From: Betaproteobacteria bacterium
GTDB taxonomy: Bacteria; Pseudomonadota; Gammaproteobacteria; Burkholderiales; JBEEJL01
DNA length: 34,090 nucleotides
Reading direction: 5' to 3'
Assembly: GCA_043772415.1 (NCBI GenBank)
Contig: JAYVGF010000094.1
Location: forward strand, 1 to 34,090
Shown here: piece after piece, positions 1 through 8,773 of the stretch
Layout: each line of letters opens with the position of its first letter
Numbering within the stretch: the first letter of the stretch is position 1
Program-made: the position numbers and the translations under genes
The notes under the pieces: model-generated
What the model saw: only the letters and a program-made list of their open reading frames with translations
Told to the model about the DNA's origin: nothing
Database searches by the model: none

Positions 1-39
1 GTTGCGGTGGTTCAAGCTTCGGATGGCGTAGCCTTCACT

Positions 40-148
40 CCCATCCCCACCTTCCCCCGTCAAGGGGGAAGGAGCTTGACTATCTGTTGTATCGTAATAG
101 AGGTAAATGAATCTGCGAGCCTTACGCGTGCGCGCGGCGCACCCTACA
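40..148. repeat. Composite ~110-bp intergenic repeat, copy A
   Basis: CCCATCCCCACCTTCCCCCGTCAAGGGGGAAGGAGCTTG ... GCGAGCCTTACGCGTGCGCGCGGCGCACCCTACA. It aligns with 8662..8770: both ends are near-identical and the middle is about 70% identical. It contains two hairpins, CCTTCCCCC/GGGGGAAGG and GTGCGC-GCG-GCGCAC. It lies directly 3' of the minus-strand dodecin gene. Confidence 0.8.
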
Positions 149-162
149 TTGAGCCCCTTCAA

Positions 163-387
163 TCAGTTCAGCGACTCAACCTTGAACGACACCGACACCC
201 TTGCGCGAAACGCGACCACTTTGCCGTCATCCACTTTCAAATCCAGCTTTATTACCTCTGCTACGCGTAAATCTCGCAGGGATTTCGAAGCCGTTTCCAC
301 CGCATTTTTCGCCGCTGCTTCCCATGACACGGGGCTGACGCCGACCAGTTCGACTATTTTGTAAACACCTTCGTTATTTTGCGGCAT
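163..387 (-). CDS. Dodecin-family (flavin-binding) small protein
   Basis: 74-aa ORF. The YKIVELVG..S...AA.NA...A...LR...V......V.DGKV..FR pattern is typical of dodecin / DUF1458-like proteins. A GGAG-type RBS (caggagaaaatc) precedes the ATG. Confidence 0.7.
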   Translation of the reverse strand: MPQNNEGVYKIVELVGVSPVSWEAAAKNAVETASKSLRDLRVAEVIKLDLKVDDGKVVAFRARVSVSFKVESLN

Positions 388-413
388 GATTTTCTCCTGA
401 TTAAAAAAGTGAT

Positions 414-1763
414 TTAGTTCTTTTCAGTAATCTCGGCGCCAGCATTTCCATCGGCAAACGTAATGCGAACACTTTCTTTCACTTTTACATTTTTTGCCGA
501 ACGGATTATTTCGTCGCGCGCGTTATGTACCAAACTATAACCGCGTTCCAACACCGCTTGCGGATTCAGTTGTGCCAATTGCGATTTCAACGATTTCAAA
601 TCGGTATTACGTTGTTGCATCAAGTTCAATTGACTGCGGCGCAGTCGCTGAGCGAGTTGTTTTTGGCCTGTGGCCAATAAATCAAGCGAAGGTTTTGTGC
701 CGAGTAACTGGTTTCTGAGTTGTTGTAATTCCATCCGCTGGGTTTCGACCACTCTTTGTATGGCTTGGCGTAAGCGCGTTTGCCATTGCGTGAGTTGTGC
801 GCCGTCGCGTTGCAGTCTTTGTGTGGGCGAGAGCAATAGGCGGGAAAGGTGGTCGAGCTTTTGCATGTTGGTTTCCAGCCAGGCTTGCATCTGCCGGTTG
901 GCGCGCGAACGTAGTTGCGCGAGGTGACGGCGCAGGTCTTCGCCGTTGGGGGTGATAAGCTCGGCTGCTGCGGTCGGCGTGGGTGCGCGCAGGTCGGCGA
1001 CAAAATCGGCGATGGTGAAATCGGTTTCGTGGCCGACGCCGCAGACGATGGGGATATGCGAGTGGGCGATGGCGCGGGCGACGCGTTCGTCGTTGAATTG
1101 CCACAGGTCTTCGATGCTGCCGCCACCGCGACATAATATGAGCACATCGCATTCACTGCGTTTGTTGGCGGCGTAAATGGCGGCGGTGATTTTTTCTGCC
1201 GCGCCTTCGCCTTGCACCGGTGTAGGATAAATGACGACAGGAATATTCGGCATCCGCCGCGCCAAGGTGGTCAATACATCGCGTATCGCTGCTGTCGCAG
1301 TCGAAGTAATCACGCCGATTTGCTTGGGCAGTTGCGGCAGCGGTTTTTTTCGTGCCGGGTCGAACAGCCCTTCGGCGTTGAGTTTGGCTTTGAGTTTTTC
1401 GTAGGCTTCATACAGCGCACCCAAACCGGCGCGGCGCATGTTTTCCACTGTGAGTTGAAAGTCGCCGCGCGCTTCATATAAAGTGGCCAGCGCGCGCACT
1501 TCGACTTGCACGCCTTCGGTCGGCACCCAATCGAGGGCCGCGTTTTTGTGGCGGAACATCACACAGCGGACTTGGGCGGTGGCGTCTTTGAGTGAAAAAT
1601 ACCAGTGGCCGGACGCGGCGCGGGTCAAATTGGAGATTTCGCCGCTCACCCATTGCAAGGCAAAACGCTGTTCGACCAGTTGTTTGACCTGGCGATTGAG
1701 CTCGCTCACCGAAATCACGGCGGCTTGAGACGAAGTTGAGTTTTGAGAGTCAGAAAAAAGCAT
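414..1763 (-). CDS. xseA: Exodeoxyribonuclease VII large subunit
   Basis: Long ORF with an OB-fold N-terminus ([21 protein letters not shown]), a GGGS.EDLW.FNDE catalytic core and a C-terminal coiled coil. The track start at 1781 is a TTG; the first ATG is at 1763. Confidence 0.9.
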   Translation of the reverse strand: MLFSDSQNSTSSQAAVISVSELNRQVKQLVEQRFALQWVSGEISNLTRAASGHWYFSLKDATAQVRCVMFRHKNAALDWVPTEGVQVEVRALATLYEARGDFQLTVENMRRAGLGALYEAYEKLKAKLNAEGLFDPARKKPLPQLPKQIGVITSTATAAIRDVLTTLARRMPNIPVVIYPTPVQGEGAAEKITAAIYAANKRSECDVLILCRGGGSIEDLWQFNDERVARAIAHSHIPIVCGVGHETDFTIADFVADLRAPTPTAAAELITPNGEDLRRHLAQLRSRANRQMQAWLETNMQKLDHLSRLLLSPTQRLQRDGAQLTQWQTRLRQAIQRVVETQRMELQQLRNQLLGTKPSLDLLATGQKQLAQRLRRSQLNLMQQRNTDLKSLKSQLAQLNPQAVLERGYSLVHNARDEIIRSAKNVKVKESVRITFADGNAGAEITEKN

Positions 1764-1902
1764 AAGCTGATGGTAGCACAACGAAAATTCAGTCTTTCGG
1801 CTGCTTTTTTCAGAGGCTATTCTAGATCAAAAAATGGAAGGGAAAGCCAAAAGCATCCACCGGAACGAGGCCGGTTCGAAGAGTCAAGTAGGACAACAAA
1901 AT

Positions 1903-1920
1903 AAATCCGCCAGCGGATTT
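1903..1920. terminator. Hairpin AAATCCGC-CA-GCGGATTT flanked by A/T tracts (bidirectional terminator-like)
   Basis: Perfect 8-bp stem. On the minus strand it is followed by ATTTTGTTG. No annotated gene ends here. Confidence 0.3.
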
Positions 1921-1926
1921 AATATT

Positions 1927-1957
1927 AAAATAACTATATGATTTAATTGAAATATTT
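1927..1957 (-). repeat. AT-rich ~30-bp dispersed repeat, copy 1 (reverse orientation)
   Basis: The reverse complement AAATATTTCAATTAAATCATATAGTTATTTT matches the 10736..10766 copy at about 24 of 28 positions. Confidence 0.6.
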
Positions 1958-2028
1958 AATAAGATGCTTTTTTGAGCAATGAAGAAAAAAGCCTTGTGCC
2001 AGCAAGAGTTAAGCATCTCGCCCCAAGC

Positions 2029-2063
2029 TTAACCACAACTTTATCCACAGAGATTGTGGATGA
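2029..2063. promoter_or_regulatory. Cluster of three DnaA-box-like 9-mers
   Basis: TTAACCACA (2029-2037, one mismatch), TTATCCACA (2041-2049, perfect consensus) and inverted TGTGGATGA (2055-2063, = TCATCCACA). The last two form ATCCACA-N5-TGTGGAT. An approximately 20% GC tract at 1905-1985 is adjacent. Confidence 0.45.
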
Positions 2064-2240
2064 TTTATTTGCGTTAAAAACTTGCTAATTGGCAAAATTT
2101 TTGCGTCAACAAAAAATGATGCGTCAGCGCGCATTTCTTTCTTTATATTCAGCGAGCTTGTCGAAAATCCGCCTAGCGGCTAAAGTGTCGGACATTGCTG
2201 ATCTGCAGCAACGCCACCCATCCCGCTTTGGAGACTCACC

Positions 2241-2849
2241 TTGCTTTCTATTATTGAAGCGGCCGGCTGGCCGATCTGGACGCTGATTCTGGCTTCCATT
2301 ATTTCCCTGGCGATTATCGTCGAGCGCTTTCGTTTTTTGCGTGCTGAAGTCGTTGCGCCGAAAGATTTGCTCACCAAAACCATTAACCAATATAAACAAA
2401 CCGGCGTCACCAGCGAAATGCTCGGTGCCTTGCGCGACAATTCGCTGCTGGGAAAATTATTCGCCACCGCTTTATATAACGTCAAAAGCTCGCGCGATGC
2501 GATGAAAGAAGCTATCGAAGAAACCGGCCGCGTCGTGATGGTCGATTTGGAAAAATTCCTCACCTCGCTTGGTACCATTGCGTCGGTCAGCCCGCTGTTG
2601 GGTTTGTTCGGCACGGTGATCGGCATGATCGAAATTTTCGGCTCGACCAATGCAGTCGGCAGCAATCCGGCGGCGTTGGCGCACGGCATTTCCGTCGCGC
2701 TGTATAACACCGCCTTCGGTTTGATCGTCGCCGTGCCGAGCATGATTTTCTACCGTTACTTCCGCACCAAAGTCGATAACCTGTTGGTATCGATGGAGCA
2801 GGAATCGATTAAGTTGGTCGAGGTGTTGCACGGGGACCGCCGCGCATGA
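2241..2849 (+). CDS. exbB: MotA/TolQ/ExbB proton-channel family protein
   Basis: Three TM segments and the conserved C-terminal PLLGLFGTV.GMI..F and A..T..GL.VA.P motifs. TTG start with GGAG 7 nt upstream. ATGA overlap with exbD. Confidence 0.85.
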   Translation: MLSIIEAAGWPIWTLILASIISLAIIVERFRFLRAEVVAPKDLLTKTINQYKQTGVTSEMLGALRDNSLLGKLFATALYNVKSSRDAMKEAIEETGRVVMVDLEKFLTSLGTIASVSPLLGLFGTVIGMIEIFGSTNAVGSNPAALAHGISVALYNTAFGLIVAVPSMIFYRYFRTKVDNLLVSMEQESIKLVEVLHGDRRA

Positions 2850-3268
2850 ACCTGCGCCGCGGACATCATCGCGAAGACCCGGAGATCAACCTCATCGCGC
2901 TGATCGACGTGTTGTTGGTGATACTGATTTTTCTGATGGTCACGACTACTTATTCGCGTTTTTCCGAGCTGCAAATCAATTTGCCCGAATCCGGCGCGGA
3001 AGCCAATGTCACCCAGACCAAATCCAAAATCCTGCACGTCGCCGTCGATTCCAGCGGCAATGCCTTTGTGGGAAAACAACCGATTCCCACTATGCGTATT
3101 GATCTTATCGGTGCAGCGCTGACTAGTGCCGCCGCAGGCATGACCGATCCTGTCATCGCGATTAACGCTGACGCAGGGGCATCGCATCAAGCGGTGATTA
3201 ATGTGATGGAAGCCGCGCGCAGCGTGGGTCTGACGCATATAACTTTCGCTACCCAGACTAAAAAATAA
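2846..3268 (+). CDS. exbD: ExbD/TolR biopolymer transport protein
   Basis: 140 aa. The N-terminal INLIALIDVLLVILIFLMV single TM segment and periplasmic domain are typical of ExbD/TolR. Translationally coupled to exbB. Confidence 0.85.
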   Translation: MNLRRGHHREDPEINLIALIDVLLVILIFLMVTTTYSRFSELQINLPESGAEANVTQTKSKILHVAVDSSGNAFVGKQPIPTMRIDLIGAALTSAAAGMTDPVIAINADAGASHQAVINVMEAARSVGLTHITFATQTKK

Positions 3269-3294
3269 ATCTTACTTGCCGCGAGTCTCTATCC

Positions 3295-4308
3295 ATGTCT
3301 CGCTTTATTGAATCACTTTGGTACCGTATTTCTCCCTGGCATATTTTGCTCTGGCCGTTGTCGCTGCTTTACGGAACAGTGACGATGATTCGCCGCGCGT
3401 CTTATACTGCGGGCATTTTCAAAATACAAAAGTTGCCGGTTCCTGTCATCGTTGTCGGCAATATTACGGCGGGTGGCAGCGGTAAAACACCTTTGGTGAT
3501 TTGGCTTGCCGAATTCTTACGCAACAACGGTTATCAGCCCGGCGTGATCAGTCGGGGTTATGGACGTGAAGGAGATGAGACGCGCGAAGTTTCCGCGCAA
3601 AGCCAAGCAACCGATGTAGGCGACGAGCCATTGTTGATTTTCCGCCGAGCAATATGTCCGGTCGTTGTTGGCCGTAATCGAGTTGAAGCGGCGCAAACTT
3701 TGCTAGAAAAAAATCCGCAAGTAAATGTCATTATCAGCGACGATGGCTTGCAGCACTACAAGTTGACGCGCGCTATGGAGATTTGCGTTGTCGATGGTGC
3801 ACGCGGGTTCGGTAACGGCATGTTGATTCCCGCGGGCCCATTGCGTGAAACTACTGCGCGCTTGCATCTAGTGGATGCCATTATCGTCAATGGCGGAGAA
3901 AAAAATAATGTAATAAAATCAAATAGTTATAAATCATCTATGCATCTGGCCGGTGCGCAATTTTTGCACCTGAAAAACACGCAACCACCAGCCACTGCCG
4001 AAAACTTCACAGGCAAAAACATTCACGCCCTTGCCGGCATCGGTAACCCCGCGCGATTTTTTGCCCATCTCAAATCATTAGGTTTGCAATTTACCGAACA
4101 TACTTTTTCCGACCACTATGGTTTTAGTGCCAAAGATATCGCTTTTGAAAACGCAGAAGTAATACTCATGACGGAGAAAGACGCGGTAAAATGTGGCTCA
4201 TTCGCCACTGAGCAGTGCTGGTCGCTGGCAGTAAGCGCGCAACTCGACCATTCGTTTGGTGAACTTGTTCTCGCCAGGATGAAACTAATGAAGGAATCAA
4301 GATCATGA
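3295..4308 (+). CDS. lpxK: Tetraacyldisaccharide 4'-kinase
   Basis: P-loop [23 protein letters not shown] and MTEKDAVKC motifs. Lies in the conserved lpxK-trm112-kdsB arrangement. Confidence 0.92.
   Translation: MSRFIESLWYRISPWHILLWPLSLLYGTVTMIRRASYTAGIFKIQKLPVPVIVVGNITAGGSGKTPLVIWLAEFLRNNGYQPGVISRGYGREGDETREVSAQSQATDVGDEPLLIFRRAICPVVVGRNRVEAAQTLLEKNPQVNVIISDDGLQHYKLTRAMEICVVDGARGFGNGMLIPAGPLRETTARLHLVDAIIVNGGEKNNVIKSNSYKSSMHLAGAQFLHLKNTQPPATAENFTGKNIHALAGIGNPARFFAHLKSLGLQFTEHTFSDHYGFSAKDIAFENAEVILMTEKDAVKCGSFATEQCWSLAVSAQLDHSFGELVLARMKLMKESRS
3903..3933 (+). repeat. AT-rich ~30-bp dispersed repeat, copy 2, embedded in frame in lpxK
   Basis: AAATAATGTAATAAAATCAAATAGTTATAAA is identical to 10736..10766 at 30 of 31 positions. 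It encodes ..[10 protein letters not shown].. in a variable loop between NGG and MHL. Confidence 0.8.
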
Positions 4309-4484
4309 ATCCGAAGCTGCTGGAAATTCTCGTCTGCCCGATATGCAAAGGTCCGCTAGTGTATAAAAAACCTGCCCAGGAATTAATCTGCAAAGCGGAC
4401 CGTCTCGCGTTTCCGATTAAAGACGATATTCCGGTCATGCTCGAAGCCGAAGCGCGCCAATTACCGGCCACCGAAGAAGTATGA
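4305..4484 (+). CDS. Trm112 / UPF0434 (YcaR) family small protein
   Basis: Hand translation gives [59 protein letters not shown]. At 59 aa it falls below the track cut-off. ATGA overlap with the lpxK stop; its TGA overlaps the kdsB ATG. Confidence 0.85.
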   Translation: MNPKLLEILVCPICKGPLVYKKPAQELICKADRLAFPIKDDIPVMLEAEARQLPATEEV

Positions 4485-5242
4485 GCTTTCACGTCATTAT
4501 CCCCGCGCGCATGGCGTCGATGCGCTTGCCGAATAAGCCTCTCGCTGACATCGGGGGCCAGCCTATGATCGTGCGCGTCGCGCAACAGGCGGCGAAGAGC
4601 GGTGCGGCGAGCGTGACGGTGGCGGGCGATGATGCAAGAATTATTGATGCCGCTAAAGCCGCCGGCTTCAATGCGCAGATGACCGATCTGCATCACACTT
4701 CCGGCACCGAGCGCATCCATCAAGCGGCCACGCTGCTCGGCCTTGATGACGACGCCATCGTGGTCAATGTGCAGGGCGATGAGCCATGCATTCCGCCGCA
4801 ACTGATCGCGCGTGTCGCTACAGAATTGGCGCAACAAAAACATGCAGTGATGGCGACAGCGTGCCATGCGATCCACGATTCCGCAGATATGCTGAACCCG
4901 AATATTGTCAAAGTGGTGATTAACGCTGATAGCCTCGCCATGTATTTCAGCCGCGCGCCGATTCCGTACCCACGCGAGCATTTTACCCAGCATGAAGTAG
5001 ATCATTTTCCCCAAGGATTGCCGGCTTATCGTCACATCGGCATTTACGCCTACCGCGTCGGCTTTTTAAAAATTTATGCCGACCTGTCGCCGACCGCAAT
5101 GGAAAAATTTGAATCGCTGGAACAACTGCGCGTGCTATGGCATGGGTATAAAATTGCGATGAGCGTGGTCGAAGTCGCTCCGCCTGCGGGTGTCGATACG
5201 CCGGAAGATTTAGCACGAGTGCAAAAACTGTTTACACAATAA
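4481..5242 (+). CDS. kdsB: 3-deoxy-manno-octulosonate cytidylyltransferase (CMP-KDO synthetase)
   Basis: N-terminal IIPAR..S.RLP.KPL..I.G.PMI, plus VNVQGDEP and E.LEQLR.L..G motifs. Confidence 0.92.
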   Translation: MSFHVIIPARMASMRLPNKPLADIGGQPMIVRVAQQAAKSGAASVTVAGDDARIIDAAKAAGFNAQMTDLHHTSGTERIHQAATLLGLDDDAIVVNVQGDEPCIPPQLIARVATELAQQKHAVMATACHAIHDSADMLNPNIVKVVINADSLAMYFSRAPIPYPREHFTQHEVDHFPQGLPAYRHIGIYAYRVGFLKIYADLSPTAMEKFESLEQLRVLWHGYKIAMSVVEVAPPAGVDTPEDLARVQKLFTQ

Positions 5243-5253
5243 TTTTAATTTAG

Positions 5254-5922
<669 letters not shown>

Positions 5923-5964
5923 AAGCTCACCACAGAGGCACAGAGAAAAGCAAAATTAGAAACT

Positions 5965-5997
5965 GTCATTCTGAGCGATAGCGAAGAATCTGCTTTT
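5965..5997 (+). repeat. Solitary arm of the GTCATYCTGAGCG-TAGCGAAGRATCTGC repeat family
   Basis: GTCATTCTGAGCGATAGCGAAGAATCTGCTTTT matches both arms of the inverted repeat at 8250..8342. Confidence 0.75.
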
Positions 5998-6020
5998 AAA
6001 TGGTAAGCATCATTAATTAA

Positions 6021-6077
6021 CGTCATTCCACCACTTCCCCTCCCCCTCGACGGGGGAGAGCTAGGGTGGGGATGACG
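6021..6077 (-). repeat. G/C-tract hairpin repeat (GGGTGGGGATG family)
   Basis: CGTCATTCC..CCCCTCCCCCTCGACGGGGGAGAGCTAGGGTGGGGATGACG. This imperfect ~57-nt hairpin is related in reverse orientation to the hairpins at 40-78 and 8662-8700, and in the same orientation to 8164-8202. Confidence 0.7.
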
Positions 6078-6108
6078 GAGTCAAAAACAGAATTTGATCG
6101 AGGGAATT

Positions 6109-7374
6109 ATGGCGATAAAAAAACGAAACGCTTTTTACGCACAATCCGGCGGTGTCACTGCCGTCATCAACGCATCCGCGTGCGGTGTGATTGAAACCGC
6201 GCGCAAACACAAAGACAAAATCGGCAAAGTATATGCGGGCCGCAACGGCATCATCGGCGCACTGACGGAAGACTTGATCGACACGTCGAAAGATTCCGCC
6301 AAGTCCATCGCTGCGCTTCGCCACACACCGGCGGGCGCGTTCGGTTCGTGCCGCTATAAATTAAAAAGCGTGGAAGAAAATCGCGCGCAATACGAGCGTC
6401 TGATCGAAGTATTCAAAGCACACGACATCGGTTACTTTTTTTACAATGGCGGCGGCGATTCTGCGGACACTTGTCTAAAGATTTCGCAATTGTCGGAAAA
6501 AATGGGTTATCCCTTGCAAGCTATTCTTGTGCCGAAAACCATTGATAACGACCTGCCCATCACCGACACTTGCCCGGGCTTTGGTTCAGTCGCCAAGTAC
6601 GTCGCAACATCTATTCGCGAGGCGGCGTTCGATGTCGCGTCGATGGCGAAAACCTCGACCAAAGTATTCGTGCTCGAAGTGATGGGCCGTCATGCAGGCT
6701 GGATCACCGCCGCATGCGGACTCGCGGCAGAGCAGGTGGGCGATGCGCCGCATATATTGCTATTTCCGGAAATCGCTTTCGACGAGAAAAAATTTCTCGC
6801 CAAAGTGGAAGATACCGTTAAAAAATACGGCTATTGCGTTATCGGCGTGAGTGAAGGTTTGCACACCGCCGACGGAAAATTTTTATCCGAAAGCGGCTTG
6901 ACAGATGCCTTCGGCCACGCGCAACTCGGCGGTGCCGCGCCGGTGATTGCCAATCTGGTCAAAGATAAACTCGGCTATAAATATCACTGGGCCGTCGCCG
7001 ATTATTTGCAACGCGCCGCGCGCCACATCGCCTCGAAGACCGACGTCACACAAGCCTACGCCGTCGGCAAAGCGGCAGTGGAACTTGCGCTCAAAGGCCA
7101 CAACTCCGTCATGCCCGCCATCACGCGCACCAGCGACAAACCGTACAAATGGAAAATCACCACCGCACAATTAAAAGACGTCGCCAACGTGGAGAAAAAA
7201 ATGCCGCGTGATTTCATCACCACCGATGGCTTCGGCATCACGGAAAAATGCCGCAAATATTTATCGCCGCTGATCGCCGGTGAAGATTACCCTCCCTTCA
7301 AAAACGGCTTGCCCGATTATGTGAAGTTGAAAAATATCGCAGTAACGAAAAAACTAAAAGCATTCAAAATTTAA
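6109..7374 (+). CDS. pfp: Pyrophosphate-dependent 6-phosphofructokinase (PPi-PFK, ~420-aa type)
   Basis: The N-terminus NAFYAQSGGVTAVINASACGV, together with GGGDS, PKTIDNDL and MGRHAGW, fits the PFK-A superfamily. Length and N-terminus resemble the methanotroph/nitrifier PPi-PFK clade as I remember it. The first ATG with an RBS (GAGGGA) is at 6109; the track start at 6094 is a TTG. Confidence 0.75.
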   Translation: MAIKKRNAFYAQSGGVTAVINASACGVIETARKHKDKIGKVYAGRNGIIGALTEDLIDTSKDSAKSIAALRHTPAGAFGSCRYKLKSVEENRAQYERLIEVFKAHDIGYFFYNGGGDSADTCLKISQLSEKMGYPLQAILVPKTIDNDLPITDTCPGFGSVAKYVATSIREAAFDVASMAKTSTKVFVLEVMGRHAGWITAACGLAAEQVGDAPHILLFPEIAFDEKKFLAKVEDTVKKYGYCVIGVSEGLHTADGKFLSESGLTDAFGHAQLGGAAPVIANLVKDKLGYKYHWAVADYLQRAARHIASKTDVTQAYAVGKAAVELALKGHNSVMPAITRTSDKPYKWKITTAQLKDVANVEKKMPRDFITTDGFGITEKCRKYLSPLIAGEDYPPFKNGLPDYVKLKNIAVTKKLKAFKI

Positions 7375-7405
7375 TCAGCTAGTCTAAGGATACAAAGGAA
7401 TAGTC

Positions 7406-7753
7406 ATGGGCATACAACTCACCCGCCACACCCCGGATTTTGCTACCTCACCGCAGGTGAAAATAGAGGAAATGAAAGAAGTGGTTAGCTTGGGTTTCAA
7501 AACCCTGATCAACAATCGGCCAGACGGCGAAGCCGCCGACCAACCTACCAATGCGCAAATCCAAGAAGCAGCAGCGGTATTCGGCCTACATTATATTTTT
7601 CTGCCGGTAGTGAGCAGCCAAGTAGGCAGCGCAGCGGCAGAATTCGGCAAGCTGTTGGCCGCCGCACCGAAGCCCGCGCTAGCATTTTGCCGCTCGGGGA
7701 CGCGCTCGACTATGCTTTATCAGACGGCGATGTCGCTGAAGCCAAACAAGTAA
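7406..7753 (+). CDS. TIGR01244-family protein (DUF442, phosphatase/sulfurtransferase-like)
   Basis: 115 aa. The GFKT.INNRPDGE...QP motif and C-terminal CRSGTRS are characteristic of the family. Confidence 0.7.
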   Translation: MGIQLTRHTPDFATSPQVKIEEMKEVVSLGFKTLINNRPDGEAADQPTNAQIQEAAAVFGLHYIFLPVVSSQVGSAAAEFGKLLAAAPKPALAFCRSGTRSTMLYQTAMSLKPNK

Positions 7754-7780
7754 ACCAGCAGCTGCTTTGTAAAATAAAAT

Positions 7781-8143
7781 ATGGAAATCAAACAAGGCTC
7801 TTGCCACTGCGGCGCAGTCGTTTTTCAAGTCGAGTTAGTCAATGGTTTGGAAAATCTGCGCCGTTGCAATTGTTCGTTGTGTAAACGCAAGGGTGCGGTG
7901 ATGGCCGATGTGCCGTTGGATAAATTGAAAATAATAAAAGGCGCGGACAAGCTGACTTTGTATCAGTGGAATACGCGTACAGCCAAGCATTATTTTTGCA
8001 GCGTGTGCGGCATTTATACGCATCACCAAAGGCGCAGCGATCCGACGCGCTATGGATTTAATGTGGCGTGTGTTGAGGATGTGGATGTGAATCAGCTTGG
8101 GGAGGTTGCTTTAGGTGATGGGGCGAAGCAGAGTTTGGTGTAA
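7781..8143 (+). CDS. GFA (glutathione-dependent formaldehyde-activating / CENP-V) family protein
   Basis: GSCHCGAV...CNCS.C.+.G....YFC..CG zinc-binding cysteine pattern. Confidence 0.8.
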   Translation: MEIKQGSCHCGAVVFQVELVNGLENLRRCNCSLCKRKGAVMADVPLDKLKIIKGADKLTLYQWNTRTAKHYFCSVCGIYTHHQRRSDPTRYGFNVACVEDVDVNQLGEVALGDGAKQSLV

Positions 8144-8163
8144 CGGATCGCTCGTCGTTACAG

Positions 8164-8202
8164 CGTCCCCTCCCTTTCAAGGGGAGGGTTAGGGTGGGGA
8201 TG
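8164..8202 (-). repeat. G/C-tract hairpin repeat (GGGTGGGGATG family)
   Basis: CGTCCCCTCCCTTTCAAGGGGAGGGTTAGGGTGGGGATG, in the same family and orientation as 6021..6077. Confidence 0.7.
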
Positions 8203-8249
8203 GGTGTATTGCTTACGACTTGTATCTCGTCGCAACCTTCCTCCGAAGT

Positions 8250-8342
8250 CTTGTCATCCTGAGCGCTAGCGAAGGATCTGCTTTTCGATGTTGATTTGAC
8301 GCGTGTAACAGCAGATTCTTCGCTAGCGCTCAGAATGACAAG
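8250..8342. repeat. Inverted repeat, 33-bp arms with 26-bp spacer (MITE-like)
   Basis: Left arm CTTGTCATCCTGAGCGCTAGCGAAGGATCTGCT (8250-8282). The right arm at 8310-8342 is its reverse complement at 31 of 33 positions. Confidence 0.85.
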
Positions 8343-8387
8343 TCCATTATTTAATCGAAGAGAGAGGGTTGCCCACCCTTCTGCGCC

Positions 8388-8513
8388 GCTGATATTTTTG
8401 TTGTGAATCGGGGGCCGTCGGCGAGAACCTGTTTGAGCTACGCGGTGATTAAGATTTCAATTGAAGGTAAAAGCGAGTTTTCTCGCCGCCCGATTCACAA
8501 CAAAAATATCAGC
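8388..8513. repeat. Inverted repeat, ~35-bp arms with ~52-bp spacer (MITE-like)
   Basis: GCTGATATTTTTGTTGTGAATCGGG..GGCGAGAA (8388-8427) against TTCTCGCCGCCCGATTCACAACAAAAATATCAGC (8480-8513). The left arm carries a 6-nt insertion. Confidence 0.85.
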
Positions 8514-8523
8514 GACAACAAAC

Positions 8524-8590
8524 CCAAAAAAAAGGCAGCGCGGCGGGTTCGCCTTTTTTGGTTACTTTTTTGGCGAAGCAAAAAAGTAAC
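8524..8590. repeat. Two adjacent A/T-tract palindromes
   Basis: CCAAAAAAAAGGC..GCCTTTTTTGG, followed by GTTACTTTTTTG-GCGAAG-CAAAAAAGTAAC. Confidence 0.7.
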
Positions 8591-8661
8591 TAGCCGCCGG
8601 GCTACCCCCGGCACTCTCATTCAGGGCTCGACTCATTCAGTCGAGGATAATCGAACCAGCA

Positions 8662-8770
8662 CCCCCATCCCAACCTTCCCCCGTCAAGGGGGGAAGGAGC
8701 TTGTGCATTTGTTGTTCGCACGTAGGGGATAAATTTGCAAGCCTTACGCGTGCGCGCGGCGCACCCTACA
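8662..8770. repeat. Composite ~110-bp intergenic repeat, copy B
   Basis: Aligns with 40..148 and ends 3 nt before the stop of the minus-strand DUF2147 gene, the same relative position as copy A behind the dodecin gene. Confidence 0.8.
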
Positions 8771-8773
8771 AAA

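Noticed and set aside
7-270. ORFs at 7-270 (+) and 8403-8732 (+) that share the peptide TPIPTFPRQGG.
   Set aside because: They are translations across the G-tract hairpin and composite repeats. They have no RBS, are repeat-derived, and one overlaps the dodecin gene on the other strand.
1905-2063. Calling this region the chromosomal origin (oriC).
   Set aside because: There are only three boxes. I found no array of 13-mer DUE repeats or GATC clustering, and no dnaA, dnaN or gidA nearby. It is kept only as a possible DnaA-binding regulatory site.
4166-5035. 289-aa minus-strand ORF opposite trm112 and kdsB. Many similar antisense ORFs lie within xseA, hppA, amt, purL and DUF885 (for example 626-1156, 14876-15532, 24930-25502 and 26502-27038).
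   Set aside because: They are Arg/His/Cys-rich and low-complexity, lack motifs, and are fully contained within strongly supported genes on the other strand.
8595-8660. The minus-strand sequence has two CTGAATGAG motifs next to a 7-bp hairpin, which resembles a hammerhead ribozyme core. It also has a GGTTCGATTA stretch that resembles a tRNA T-arm.
   Set aside because: CTGAATGAG carries an extra A relative to the CUGAUGA core, and I could not find a matching GAAA/stem III or cleavage-site context. The T-arm-like stretch has no complementary stem, acceptor or anticodon arm.
8144-8773. Possible CRISPR array, given the many repeats.
   Set aside because: The repeats belong to different families, are mostly inverted rather than direct, and are not regularly spaced. 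No cas genes are present.
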